A DNA stretch of 63,973 nucleotides, filler included, from Octopus bimaculoides (Eukaryota), in the NCBI RefSeq assembly GCF_001194135.2. It is 9 parts of 9 records of this genome, joined end to end, with 100 filler letters (N's around TTAATTAATTAA, not from the genome) between each part and the next. Parts side by side here need not be neighbours in the genome. Positions count along the whole stretch, not along the records: positions 15,991 to 36,681 come from NC_068984.1; 8 more parts are not named here. The stretch is one strand, 5' to 3'. This document shows positions 23,300-35,592 of this stretch, one piece after another. The notes under the pieces were generated by a model. That model was not told the DNA's origin. It worked only from the letters and a program-made list of their open reading frames with translations, and did not search any database. How positions within the stretch are numbered: position 1 is the stretch's first letter; each line of letters begins with the position of its first letter. Both the position numbers and the translations under genes were made by a program.

Positions 23300-24385
23300 G
23301 TTTTGAGCAAGAGTTGTAGAAGGGAATCGATCCGAGAATGAGAACAAACTTTAGGGGAATTTCAGAGTTTGGCACACAATCCAAAGTGCGAACATAGAGA
23401 ATTCAACCGAAGTAAACATGGTTAAAAACTTCTAGCTTGCATAAGTCTGTCGTTTTCATCGGTCATGTTTCAGATCTGTACAATAGAATAATGCTAACAA
23501 GCGCTCGGTAGATGCGAATTGTTGTAGCTTAATATTCGGTCTATACTAAAGAGCCAATTTTGAAAACAAAAGAATGCACTGAATCTGCAGGTGACGTGGA
23601 CATCTATCTCGTTTTTACTCTGGCCTACGGGAATGGAGGTAGCGCCATCATACTCGAATTGATTGATCTCCTACAAGATCTCATCAGAGTATAGGGGAAA
23701 TCTTTTCAGAGAGCACGATACAATTTTTGTTTTGGTCATATTGATTTTCATGCCAATATGCGAGGCATACTCACTGATGCCTTTAAAGGTTGGTTAGACA
23801 TTCATGTAATTCTCACCAATTATAGCAAGATCGTCAGCTTAGTTAAAACCTTATTTTACAGTGATGCTGTAGGATACGAAAAATCTACCAGATCACACTT
23901 CGCTATCAAGTCGATAACCATTGAAAAGTGTTGGCGATAGTATGCAGCCCAGTCGGACATGTGGACGATTTTTGAAGAACTCGATTTCCCTGTCTTGTAA
24001 GAGCAAAAGTTCACTTTTGCTTATTGTATGCTCTACTTGGGTTCAGTTGCTTCTGTAATCATCTTCTCCCAGATAAAGTGATCGATCGAATCAAAGGCTA
24101 CTGTAAAGTCCACGAAGAAAGCAATGACTCCTTGTTTGCGAATGCTTTTTATGGTGAAAATTTGATTTGTGCAGCCTTGGCACCGACAAAAAACAAAAAC
24201 AAAAACCAAAAAACAAAAAAAAACAGAACAAAACAAAAAACACGTTGAATGAGTTGTGTGCGCTGACCACATTTGTGTTGAAATCTTTGTAATAGAATCT
24301 TAGCTGCAACATCTATCAAATTGATACTCCGATAGTTACTGCAAAAACGCCTATCACACTTCTTGAACAATAGGAGTAACGCGTT
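23300..24385 (-). pseudogene. Decayed RTE-clade LINE RT region
   Basis: KKCDRRFCSNYRSINLIDVAAKIL; GCTNQIFT; FVDFTVAFDSID; ETWPMKTTDLCKLEVFNH. An A-rich tract interrupts it at 24187-24240. Confidence 0.8.
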
Positions 24386-24596
24386 ATCTCAGTCTTATAA
24401 AGAAGATTCTATGTTCAAACACGAATAATCACACAGTATTGTCAAAGACTAAAAACTTCAAAACCGTTTTTGATGACTTCGATGAGTCAACCATCTTCAT
24501 GTGGAATCTTGTACCTTGGAGGATAACTTTTTAGGCGCAATTCCATGGTCATTCGTGACCGAAGGGGGTCCTTTATTTATGTACAGGACTTTCATT

Positions 24597-24735
24597 AAAA
24601 CCAATGTCTGAGTCATTTAGGAAATACAAGAGGAAAACCCCAGTTGAAGTAAAACAGCTGACCTGTGGTTACATTGAAAGTCTGGAATTTCCAAAAACAT
24701 TCTAAACAATTTATAGCTATGAAGAAAGTGAGTAA
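24597..24735 (+). repeat. Dispersed repeat, second copy at about 26597-26740
   Basis: Colinear aaa.caatg.ctgagtc.t.taggaaa...gaagtaaaacagct.ac.tgt...tgaaag...gaatttcc...aacaattta. Confidence 0.6.
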
Positions 24736-25099
24736 GAAAATTCGGTTGCTTTAACTTATTTGGAAAATAATGACGCTTTTGAATGACGTTTTCTCAAGTT
24801 TAAACTTTATTTCTTTCTCTTGGTGAAGCGAAGTGGAGTACGCACCTAGAAATTTTGTATACTTCTAAAGTCATTCCCAATATTAGCTGGCGACAAAAAT
24901 AAATAAATAAAATAATAGATTATAAATAAATTGAAAAAGAAAAGGAAAACGGATATACACATTAACAATTCCTCTCACAAATTAGGAAAATCTATGTAGG
25001 AAATGGCGGCGTTTTATTGGTAATTCCTATATACTGGTTTCAAATATATACTTGAATCCTTGGTCAGGCTAGCTACTGGAGTCAATTGAAACCCTAATC

Positions 25100-25280
25100 A
25101 GAAACAGGAAGTAAGAGAAAGTTGTGGTGAAAGAGTACAGCAGGGTTCGCCACCAACGCCTGCCTGAGCCTCGTGGAGCTTTAGGTGTTTTCGCTCAATA
25201 AACACTCACAACGCCCGGTCTGGGAATCGAAACTGCGATCCTATGACCGCTGCCCTAACCACTGGACCATTGCGCCTCCA
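25100..25280 (-). mobile_element. SINE family B, 5' half
   Basis: Matches 18105-18295. Confidence 0.88.
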
Positions 25281-25362
25281 CTGTTCAGATATAATTATTA
25301 TCAAATATAAAACACGGATTTCTGCAATAATGTATATTTTGAAGCTAATATTTACATTTCTA

Positions 25363-25548
25363 AAGCGGTGAGCTGGCAAAAATGTTACCATGCCGGGAAA
25401 AATACTTAGCGGCATTTCGTCTGTCTTTACATTCTGAGTTCAAATTCCACCGAGGTTGACTTTGTCTTTCATACTTCTGGGGTCAATAAAATAAGTACCA
25501 GTTGAGCACTGGAGTGTCAAGGTAATTGAGTTAACCCTTCCCCGAAAA
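25363..25548 (+). mobile_element. SINE family C
   Basis: gcggtgagctggcaaaa...ttctgagttcaaattccaccgaggttgactttg.ctttcat...ggggtcaataaaataagtaccag. Confidence 0.88.
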
Positions 25549-27181
25549 ATCTCCCTCAACACCGCCAAATTCCACTCGGTGGCCACATAGACTCTTGCGC
25601 CAGAAACAAAAACCCTAAATTCCTTATATTCCCTTTNNNNNNNNNNNNNNNNNNNNNNNNNNNNNNNNNNNNNNNNNNNNNNNNNNNNNNNNNNNNNNNN
25701 NNNNNNNNNNNNNNNNNNNNNNNNNNNNNNNNNNNNNNNNNNNNNNNNNNNNNNNNNNNNNNNNNNNNNNNNNNNNNNNNNNNNNNNNNNNNNNNNNNNN
25801 NNNNNNNNNNNNNNNNNNNNNNNNNNNNNNNNNNNNNNNNNNNNNNNNNNNNNNNNNNNNNNNNNNNNNNNNNNNNNNNNNNNNNNNNNNNNNNNNNNNN
25901 NNNNNNNNNNNNNNNNNNNNNNNNNNNNNNNNNNNNNNNNNNNNNNNNNNNNNNNNNNNNNNNNNNNNNNNNNNNNNNNNNNNNNNNNNNNNNNNNNNNN
26001 NNNNNNNNNNNNNNNNNNNNNNNNNNNNNNNNNNNNNNNNNNNNNNNNNNNNNNNNNNNNNNNNNNNNNNNNNNNNNNNNNNNNNNNNNNNNNNNNNNNN
26101 NNNNNNNNNNNNNNNNNNNNNNNNNNNNNNNNNNNNNNNNNNNNNNNNNNNNNNNNNNNNNNNNNNNNNNNNNNNNNNNNNNNNNNNNNNNNNNNNNNNN
26201 NNNNNNNNNNNNNNNNNNNNNNNNNNNNNNNNNNNNNNNNNNNNNNNNNNNNNNNNNNNNNNNNNNNNNNNNNNNNNNNNNNNNNNNATATATTCAAAGG
26301 TGGTGCTCCAGTATGATTGTAGTCCACTTATTGAAACCAATCAAGTTTTAAACTATCCTTCTGGCGACGAAATTGGTTTATAATCTTTAAGCTCTTTCAT
26401 ATTAACACCATGCATCTTTAAATATGTTCGTATAGGAAGTTTAAAGTAGAACATTGACTTAGTTATTGTATATCTTATTTTCTGCCTGGTCGTAAAATAA
26501 TACGTTTTTTTTTGTTTTGTTTTTTTTGTGTTATATAGTTAACTATCAAGCAAGGTATTTATATATTACATACCAGTTAATTTAAGGAATTTCGTTAAAA
26601 TCAATGCCTGAGTCTTGTAGGAAACGAAAGGGGGAAAATCCCATCTGAAGTAAAACAGCTAACTTGTTATTCAACTGAAAGACAAGAATTTCCTATAAGT
26701 TCATAACAATTTAAAACCATGATGAAATAGTTGAGTTTAAACTGGTTTGGATGACATAGAGCACGTGAATTACATTTTTTGTTGTTGTTTAGGTTAAATT
26801 TTCTTTATTATTTTTGTTATATTCCGGTTTCTTTAATTTTTTTTTAAGGGAAGAAGGAAATACACCNNNNNNNNNNNNNNNNNNNNNNNNNNNNNNNNNN
26901 NNNNNNNNNNNNNNNNNNNNNNNNNNNNNNNNNNNNNNNNNNNNNNNNNNNNNNNNNNNNNNNNNNNNNNNNNNNNNNNNNNNNNNNNNNNNNNNNNNNN
27001 NNNNNNNNNNNNNNNNNNNNNNNNNNNNNNNNNNNNNNNNNNNNNNNNNNNNNNNNNNNNNNNNNNNNNNNNNNNNNNNNNNNNNNNNNNNNNNNNNNNN
27101 NNNNNNNNNNNNNNNNNNNTCACGTAGCCTACACGTATGTTTTCTACCGGAGGCCAATTACGCGTTTGACAGAGTGCTCAG

Positions 27182-27436
27182 GTAAGTAAAGTTGCTTCTC
27201 GAGTCATATAGACTCACAGTGTCGATTTTCCGGTTTCCATGGCGTATAAATTCCTCACCTGGATGGGATGCCAGCCTGTCGCAGGATTACCCATTTGGAC
27301 CAGCTGAGTGAACTAGAGCAACGTGAAATGAAGTGTTTTGCTCAAGAACACTACGCGTCGCCCGGTTCAAGAATCGAAACCACAATCTTACAATCATGAA
27401 TCCAACACCCTAACCACTAAGCCACATCTCTCCACA
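27182..27436 (-). mobile_element. SINE family D (tRNA head, ttcttgagcaaaacacttcatttcacgttgctc box)
   Basis: Minus-strand head gtggagagatgtggcttagtggttagggtgttgg...gtttcgattc. Confidence 0.82.
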
Positions 27437-28129
27437 CGCGAGTGCTCATGCAATAAGGTGAATATCCCTAGGTTCTGGCGCATTAGCGAAATTTGAACTT
27501 AGAACGCAAATTGCCGAAACAGACACTGCAAGACAACTCATCCGATTCTCTAACAATCCTGGCAGTTCACCGTTCTAAACTGGTATTTTATCTATCAACC
27601 CCGAAAGGTCGAAAGTCGAAGATGTCTTCCGCATAGATTTGACCTCAGAACACAGGGAGCCAGAACGAATAACGCAAGGCATTTATAACTGTTTTGATGC
27701 CATTGACAACCGTCTGACCGTCTTTTCTATAATTTTACTTTCATTAGCTCAATCAGTGTATTTCCTATAGCCAACGCTCGTTTACCTGGATTACATCTCT
27801 ATCATTTGACTTTGGATTTTAAGTTTTTGATCTACTCACTAAACTGTCTGTGTCTGTTATACGCCTTTGACGTAGACATTTCTATTACATTACAGGAAAT
27901 ATATTAAATACAGGAAAGCAGTTTGTATATTAAATACGCATACAGTGGAGTCTCATATATTTAATACAGTTGAAAAACTCTGATTAACCCTTTGCTTTTC
28001 CAAAGCATTTTCATAAGTCTGTCCTAAACGTCCATGTTTGTTTTCAGACTTTTAGTTCGTCCTTGTTTTATCGGTTCTGAGTAATAACAACAATACAAAG
28101 TATGTAGCCCTTAAAAAGGTTTTTGTGCA

Positions 28130-28500
28130 TTTACAGAGAATGCCGAACTGTCTTACACAGGATGTTGTTTTTAGGAATTCCTAATAAGCTATGAATACCA
28201 AATAATTTAGGAAAATGAGTGGGTTATTTCCCTTGTTATATATAAGGATCCCTTCCAGGGGCGAATGGGTTATTTCCCTTAGTTTTAGAAATAAAATATA
28301 TTGGATATATATATATACGGATCCCTTCCAGAAGCCCTATTGTCGATTTTTTTCAACAATCTGAGTATCCCATGAGGTTTCCAGACATGAATTCTACTTA
28401 CGTGTCAAATTTAATCAAAATCGATAAAACGATGTACGAGTTAGCTAAACAACTCCACAAACACACCCACAGACATAATTTCCCACATATGGAGTAGATG
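28130..28500 (+). mobile_element. Non-autonomous element with repeated internal motifs, possibly Helentron/DINE-like
   Basis: tgggttatttccctt twice (28220, 28266), ggatcccttccag twice (28246, 28319); 3' end aaatttaatcaaaatcg...cacagacata...agtagat. The class is inferred from end resemblance only. Confidence 0.35.
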
Positions 28501-29180
28501 TATGTATGTATGTATGTATGTATGTATGTCATTATTCAGTTTTATTCTAGCTTTCTTGCCAATAGAAAAAGAGCCGGTTTCCTACCAAGACCCAAGGCTC
28601 CTTCACTGGAATTTCAACAACATTAACAGGGTATTTTTGTATGTATGTATGTATGTATGTATGTATGTATGTATGTATGTATTATTGTATTATACGTGCA
28701 GATTGTATGTATGTATGCATGTATACGAGCAGATTTGTATGTTTTGTTTTATGTATGTCTTCTCATGCATATACTTAAGTATCTAGACATGCTCATATAC
28801 TTAAATGATAAATTTCTGGGAAGTTTTACAGATTTTTACAGTTCCAGTGATGGATTGGATCTGTAGTCTTCGAATCAGCTTTCTATTTCCTAGTTTTGAG
28901 AAGCCCAATTTCTCAAGATTGGTACTTAGGCAATGTTACATATCCCAGTGCCCCAATAATTACAAGTATTAACCTGAACTTGTAATCTGGATAGAGTAAC
29001 TGCAGTATGTATGTATGTATAAGATAGTTCCTTGAGTTGATAATGCTAATATTAGAAATACTTTACGCATGCACTTGATTTCAGTAATTTTTCTTTCATC
29101 TCCGTTGCTTGCGTTTCGTGTAACACTCAAGACATGGGTGTGCGAATTATCTTTCAGGTCACCTCACCCACGCGCAGTAA
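28500..29180 (-). pseudogene. 3' end of an RLE-type non-LTR element with (CATA)n tracts
   Basis: LQLLYPDYKFRLILVIIGALGYV, then LIRRLQIQSITGTVKICKTFQKFII*; UTR ends aataaaactgaataatga followed by (cata)n. Confidence 0.65.
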
Positions 29181-30274
29181 CAACACATCTAGAATCTGCA
29201 ACTTCTAAAACAATGTACTGACTCACACCTACAAGTAGCACCAATTAAAAAGTGAGTCGGCCAACGCTCCGGCTAATTTCTTGCTGTGAAATCTGTGCAC
29301 AGAAATCTGTATTGTGTGCAAACTTTGTCTTCCTGTGTTCAAGTTTCATCAATTAAAAAAAAAAAACGATTTTATCTTGAAAATCTTGTGTGCACACATT
29401 TTTATCTTTCCTAATTGCAAAACGAATGTGCGTGCACAAACGTACAACTTAGAGTGAACTTTAGTGTTAGCCAGGTTTCCCCAACCGTCAGGCCATGGAT
29501 CATTTGACACCGAAAGAATAAATCTTAAACTTTTATTTTTATTTTATTGACTAACGCAGTCTCCTGTGTGTTTTTGCATTATTTATGTATTATATGATTA
29601 ATATATATGTGTAACGGTTAAGATTGATTAAGTACACAATAATATGAAATGTCGGAGTCAGCAGTTGTAACGATAAAAATTTGTTGTTATAACGGCATGT
29701 TGTAGGGTGTGAAAGATGAACAATGCATGAAGTTTTGGGGAAATATTTATTTACCGTTACGTTACAATACCTTGCCTCGACGGGCAGGTTATGATAAATC
29801 TAAAAGCATGCGAAGTAAAGTTTGTGTTTGTGTTCTCTTCATTGTTTAGTAGTAATTACAGAGAGAGAGATAGAATGATGTTGTAGTANNNNNNNNNNNN
29901 NNNNNNNNNNNNNNNNNNNNNNNNNNNNNNNNNNNNNNNNNNNNNNNNNNNNNNNNNNNNNNNNNNNNNNNNNNNNNNNNNNNNNNNNNNNNNNNNNNNN
30001 NNNNNNNNNNNNNNNNNNNNNNNNNNNNNNNNNNNNNNNNNNNNNNNNNNNNNNNNNNNNNNNNNNNNNNNNNNNNNNNNNNNNNNNNNNNNNNNNNNNN
30101 NNNNNNNNNNNNNNNNNNNNNNNNNNNNNNNNNNNNNNNNNNNNNNNNNNNNNNNNNNNNNNNNNNNNNAAGCAGTCCGTTCATTTGTTCTATTGTCTTG
30201 GTTTAATTATGGGTGCTAAAATTGACTTCTTTTGGTATTTCCAACGTGCAGGAAAATAAAGAAATACTTAGATA

Positions 30275-30436
30275 TTTTTTATGACTGTTTCAGTCATTAG
30301 ACTGAAGAATTTTAGTCAAACGAATCGACCCCAGTACTTTCTTTTTAAGGCTGGTACTTATTCTATTGGTCTCTTACTGAACTGTTAAGTTACGGGGACG
30401 TAAACACACCAACACCCGCCGCCAAGCGGTGATGGT

Positions 30437-30474
<38 letters not shown>

Positions 30475-30650
30475 ACACAGAAATATATATATGATGGGCT
30501 TCTTTCAAATCTACCAAATCCATTCACAAGATGTTGATCGGCCCGAAGTTATAGTAGAAGACCCTTGTCCACGTTTCCACGCAGTGGGATTGAACTCGGA
30601 ACCATGTGGTTTGGAAGCCAATTTCTTACCACACAGCGACGCCGGCGCCT
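30275..30650 (-). mobile_element. Full-length SINE family A with internal (CA)n
   Basis: Reverse complement of the 9454-9870 layout. Confidence 0.85.
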
Positions 30651-30789
30651 ATGTCAGCAGGTGCACCTGTACGGTTGTTAAGAAGTTTATTTGCAACCAT
30701 ATGGTTCCAGGTTCAATCTAACTGAACGCTTCTTTATGCGTCTTCAACTAGAGCTTTGGCAATACTCCGAGTAGAATATTGTTGGCATA

Positions 30790-30997
30790 AAATCTTTACC
30801 ATTATAAGCACCAAGGTTTAAAATTTAGAGCGAAGTGGGGTGGCGGGCTCTAGTCGACTGCATCGACCCGTGTTCAACTGGAACTTACTTCATCTATTCT
30901 GATAGGATGAAAGGTACAGGTGACCTCAGTGGAATTCGAACTCAGAAAGTAAAGACGGAAGAAATACTGCTGACAACTTTGCCAGCTCGCCACCTTT
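30790..30997 (-). mobile_element. SINE family C, degenerate
   Basis: caactggaacttac...ggatgaaagg...gacctcagtggaattcgaactcagaaa...ttgccagctcgccacc. Confidence 0.75.
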
Positions 30998-31100
30998 AGT
31001 TGGCATAAAATGGGCAAAAGCTGATTGGATACACATTACACGCGCACGCACGCACGCATGCACACGCACACATGCTACCCAGACTGTATGCAGACACATA

Positions 31101-31470
31101 TACAGGGTGCGATAGGTAAATTGTCGCCATCTTATAGTTTTAATTTCGTGCTTGTTCATTGTTTATTTTCGATTTTGTCGACTACACTATATAGTAAGGT
31201 CAGTTGGGCACCGTCTGTGAGAAAAGCAGCACCATGACGCAATTCACTCTGCCAGGAATTTGGAAACATGCTGTATTACTTGACATTCCCGCCGGAAGCT
31301 CCAATACGAATAGATGGTGAACACAGAACAACCGTTGGTTTGCCGTGTCCCCAAAACATGTACTGAGAGAGATAAAAAAATCAAACATCCAGTCAACATC
31401 ATAGTGTTTGGAGTGGTCACTAGTGATGGCGACGTTATGCCTCCATCCTTCCTACACGGCCTCAGACAGA
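31101..31470 (+). mobile_element. Internally deleted DD37D (maT) Tc1/mariner element, 5' end
   Basis: TA + CAGGGTGCGATAGGTAAATTGTCGCC matches the TIR at 56020 at 22/28; peptide KHPVNIIVFGVVTSDGDVMPP.F.HGLR matches the 56285-56584 ORF. Confidence 0.85.
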
Positions 31471-31475
31471 TAACG

Positions 31476-32903
31476 ATATACCCGCTGACGATTTGATGTA
31501 GAACTAGTGGATAAAGAACTTAGTAGATACGTTTGTGTAACATATTTGAGGTTCGTTAGTTCTCAGGCATATCATTAAAACTATTGTTTATTGCAAATAT
31601 GTACATGGAATATTTCATACGTTATACATTGTATTTTAAATGCTCTTTAAGAACATCGTTATTACGCATATATGTCTACTGTATATTTATTCTTTTCGCC
31701 CCTGTTGTTAGTTTACATACCTCTGTATAGATTTCTATGAATGCGTACATGCATGCATACAAGAACACTTGTGTCTCACAATGACTTCAAAATGGATATC
31801 CCCCTAATCACTTCCCCGTCAATTATTCTCCTTGCTCACTAAAAGTTAATTATTAATTCACCTTCAGGGAGGAAAAGGAAGAGGGAAAAAACACACCAGT
31901 TCAAAAACTCATTGCTCGACCTGCAAAGGTAAGAAAAAAAAAGGAGAGAGGAACACTTGGTTTTCCGCACCACTAACCTATATACTTATTCAAACATAAC
32001 GAATTTTCACTTCTCTTCTTACAACCACTGGCGCCCTAAATAAAGGTCTGTTATATATATGTATGTATACATATATATATCGGATAAAGATATACCAGCT
32101 GTCGGCCAGTAGAGAGGGAAAGAGTAAGGAATGCACGGTGCTGACTCGAAAAGAAGAAAGGATAAAGGTGGCTCTGCTTTGATGGGCTGTATGCAAATGA
32201 GTTCATTACTTGGGTCTGGATCTCTCGTGGGAAAAGAATTTCGCGTGCAGCACAGACGCGGGTGAAGTGAAACACAACACAGCGTGCGATTATCATGCTA
32301 ACAAGCTGCTAATGCCACGCTATCTGCTGATTGGCTAAAATTACCCAAATTTCCCAACTTTAATTCCAAATGACATCAGATTCTTTAATTTATGAGATAA
32401 AGTAATTGTTTGATCGTAATCAAAATTCAGAGTTGCATCGATACACCAAAATTGAAAGCAATCTGAGCAAAATTAAAGGGGCTTATTTTGGGAATGAAAC
32501 TAACTAGGTCCAATTTCAGACAATGTGCGTATGATAGAAAAAACTACTACAATTAGTAGTAATAGTAGTAGTAGTAGTTTTGCAGTCGCATTTTACCAAC
32601 AAAATAGAAAATGACCTTTATTTAGGGCGCTAGTAGTTGTAAGACGAGAAGTGAAAATTCGTTATGTTTGAATAAGTATTTGGTTAGTGGTGCAGAAAAC
32701 CAAGTGAAATATATAGAAGATATATTAAGACGGCGCCCGAGTATAGCTGCAATCTAATGACTGAGACAAGAAAAAGATAAAAGATAAAGATATACCAGCT
32801 GACAATTTGATGTAGAACTAGTGGATAATGAACTTAGTAGATAAGTTTGTGTAACATATTTGAGGTTCGTTAGTTCTCAAGCATATCATTAAAACTATTG
32901 TTC
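31476..32903. repeat. About 115-bp direct repeats (31476-31590 / 32790-32903) enclosing about 92-bp inverted repeats (31956-32048 / 32613-32704)
   Basis: Both pairs align at over 90% by eye. Confidence 0.88.
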
Positions 32904-32909
32904 AATTCC

Positions 32910-33131
32910 AAGATCAGGTATTGTGAGTGTTTATTGAGCGGAAACACCTAAAGTTCCATGTGGCTCCGGCAGGGGGTGGTGGCGAACCCTGCTTTTCTCT
33001 TTCACCACAACTTTCTATCACACTTTCTTCCTGCTTCTGTTGTACCTGTATTTCAAAAGACCAGCCTTGTCACACTCTGTGTCACACTGAATATCCCCGA
33101 GAACTACGTTAAGGGTACACGTGTCTGTAGA
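32910..33131 (+). mobile_element. SINE family B, internal part running into a gap
   Basis: ttgtgagtgtttattgagcggaaacacctaaag...gagaactacgttaagggtacacgtgtctgt. Confidence 0.88.
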
Positions 33132-33664
33132 NNNNNNNNNNNNNNNNNNNNNNNNNNNNNNNNNNNNNNNNNNNNNNNNNNNNNNNNNNNNNNNNNNNNN
33201 NNNNNNNNNNNNNNNNNNNNNNNNNNNNNNNNNNNNNNNNNNNNNNNNNNNNNNNNNNNNNNNNNNNNNNNNNNNNNNNNNNNNNNNNNNNNNNNNNNNN
33301 NNNNNNNNNNNNNNNNNNNNNNNNNNNNNNNNNNNNNNNNNNNNNNNNNNNNNNNNNNNNNNNNNNNNNNNNNNNNNNNNNNNNNNNNNNNNNNNNNNNN
33401 NNNNNNNNNNNNNNNNNNNNNNNNNNNNNNNNNNNNNNNNNNNNNNNNNNNNNNNNNNNNNNNNNNNNNNNNNNNNNNNNNNNNNNNNNNNNNNNNNNNN
33501 NNNNNNNNNNNNNNNNNNNNNNNNNNNNNNNNNNNNNNNNNNNNNNNNNNNNNNNNNNNNNNNNNNNNNNNNNNNNNNNNNNNNNNNNNNNNNNNNNNNN
33601 NNNNNNNNNNNNNNNNNNNNNNNNNNNNNNNNNNNNNNNNNNNNNNNATATATATATGCATGTG

Positions 33665-33860
33665 TGTCTGCGTTTGTCCCCACCACCATCAATGACAAGT
33701 GATGTTGGCGTGTTTATGTCCCCGTAAACTAGCGGTTCGGCAAAAGAGACCGATAAAATAAGTATTAGGCTTACAAAGACTAAGTCCTGGTGCCGATTTA
33801 TTCGACTAAAGACGGTGCTCCAGCTTGACCGCAGTGAAAATGACTGAAACAAGTAAAAGA
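33665..33860 (+). mobile_element. SINE family A tail
   Basis: gacaa...tgtttatgtccccgtaaactagcggttcggcaaaagagaccgat...ggtgctccagc...gactgaaacaagtaaaag. Confidence 0.85.
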
Positions 33861-35592
33861 AAAACATAATATATAATAATAAAATGTGAGTACGTTACGT
33901 ACGAGAATATAGAATACAAAGGAATAGGGCGGGATATAGATATTAAACCCAGAAGAAAGCATTGTGCAGGTTGATCAATAGGGTGTTATGTAAATGGAGG
34001 TTTTAGCTGGATGGAATGTCGGATGAACATTTCTGTGTGTATGCGTGTGCTTGCCACCATGCCAAAAACTACTGTCGCTTCACTAAGTTCAATGTCTAGT
34101 CAGTTGTGCCAAATCGCCAGCGTCCAAACAGCTGCGGCCCAGTCCTCTTATTCCCTAGTGAAACTGGATTAAGTCAACTAATTTCGATATTATATTAAAC
34201 TGTAGAAAGTTGTTGAAAGTATAATTTGAGAGACTTTAAGTGAATGGTTTAAATTGAAAACATCACATGTTTGAATGGTTTAACGGCTGAAGACATCATA
34301 TGGAGTTCTGTCAGTAAATCTCACGAAAATTCGTTCTTATTTCCTTGTTCTCGCTTTTATGAATCGCTGTTGTATTATATAACAGCATGCTGCAGTGACT
34401 ATATGTTTTTAATTCGTTAATTCTCGAATGCAGTTATTTATTTAACTGCTGTATAAATGTATAAATTACGTTCGCGGTTAAACAAACAATGAAAATTTAT
34501 ACTCAATTTAGTGTGATTTTGTGAATTGAATAAACAACATGCAAATGTTATTTAACGCCGATTATTCATTAACTACTTCATAACCAAACCAAAAATGAAA
34601 GCAAAACCATGGTAGAACAATTTCATCATATGATAAAGATATTTCTTGACTCCAGTATTGTAGTTAGAGGGAAGGGGTCCTCCCAGGTGGCGCTTTTATG
34701 GGGACGGCACTTTTGAGTCTACTGTATTAGCTTGGGAGTCCGAGATGGAGGTGGGCTGAGGTAAAACACAAGGGCTTCTCCAAGTAGGACGTATTTTAGC
34801 CATGTCACAGTTGGACTCCACAAATAATCAAGATCCCTAAAACATGACAGACAACAGTGTGTCGCGTGGTTGTTTAATATCGCGATGGTTGCTTGGTGTG
34901 TGCATTGCGTTGTCGAAGGCCATCGTCGTGTGGTCTAGCTGGCTGTGTAAATTATAAATGATGCAACTCACGAACTTTCAACATATTTTTTGATGGAAAT
35001 GATTTACTGTGCCGGCTATCTAGAAAAGAAAGATGCAGATACAATAACCGCCATCTGTGAGGAGAGAACCACGCTGTCTTATTGGAGGCTAGCTGTAGTA
35101 TATCGTGTGTAAGTGTCTGAAGTTGTCCCTTGCGCGAGGTGGTCTGCCCGAGTATCTGGGGTGGTTTACCTGAGAGCTTGGTTTGGTCTGCCTATGAGTT
35201 AGGCACCAAACTATTAAAATAGGTTGAAAAGGAGGGAAATTTTAGATCAACCGAGAAGCCATATCACGTCACAGCTTCACGCTGATTGATCGATTTGTAG
35301 CTCAATCACATGAAACTGTAGTGGCTTGCTTGTGATCCCAAACTGAATATTTCGCGTTTGGGGTTCGAATCCCCACAAGACCATTATTGAATGGCCAAAT
35401 GTGACCGCGACTTCTTAACTGGATTAGTTGTGACGAAAATAGTATTTTCAAATACAAACAACTTCCGGAGACGCCGCTAGGGAAATATTGTATAATTGGG
35501 AAATATATAGGGAAATATTGTATAATAGATATTGCAACAAAGGAGACTTTTGTGAACTGCAGAAATGGAAGGAAATTTGAAAGTGTTTAGAA

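Noticed and set aside
23650-23692. ATACT CTGATGA GATCT-TGTAGG-AGATC ... AGTAT on the minus strand
   Set aside because: No GAAA or UH triplet, and it lies within the decayed RTE RT region, so probably coincidental.
34850-35180. GC-richer stretch with HPQILGQT on the minus strand, resembling an LTR integrase HPQ motif
   Set aside because: The rest of the frame shows no integrase similarity I can support.
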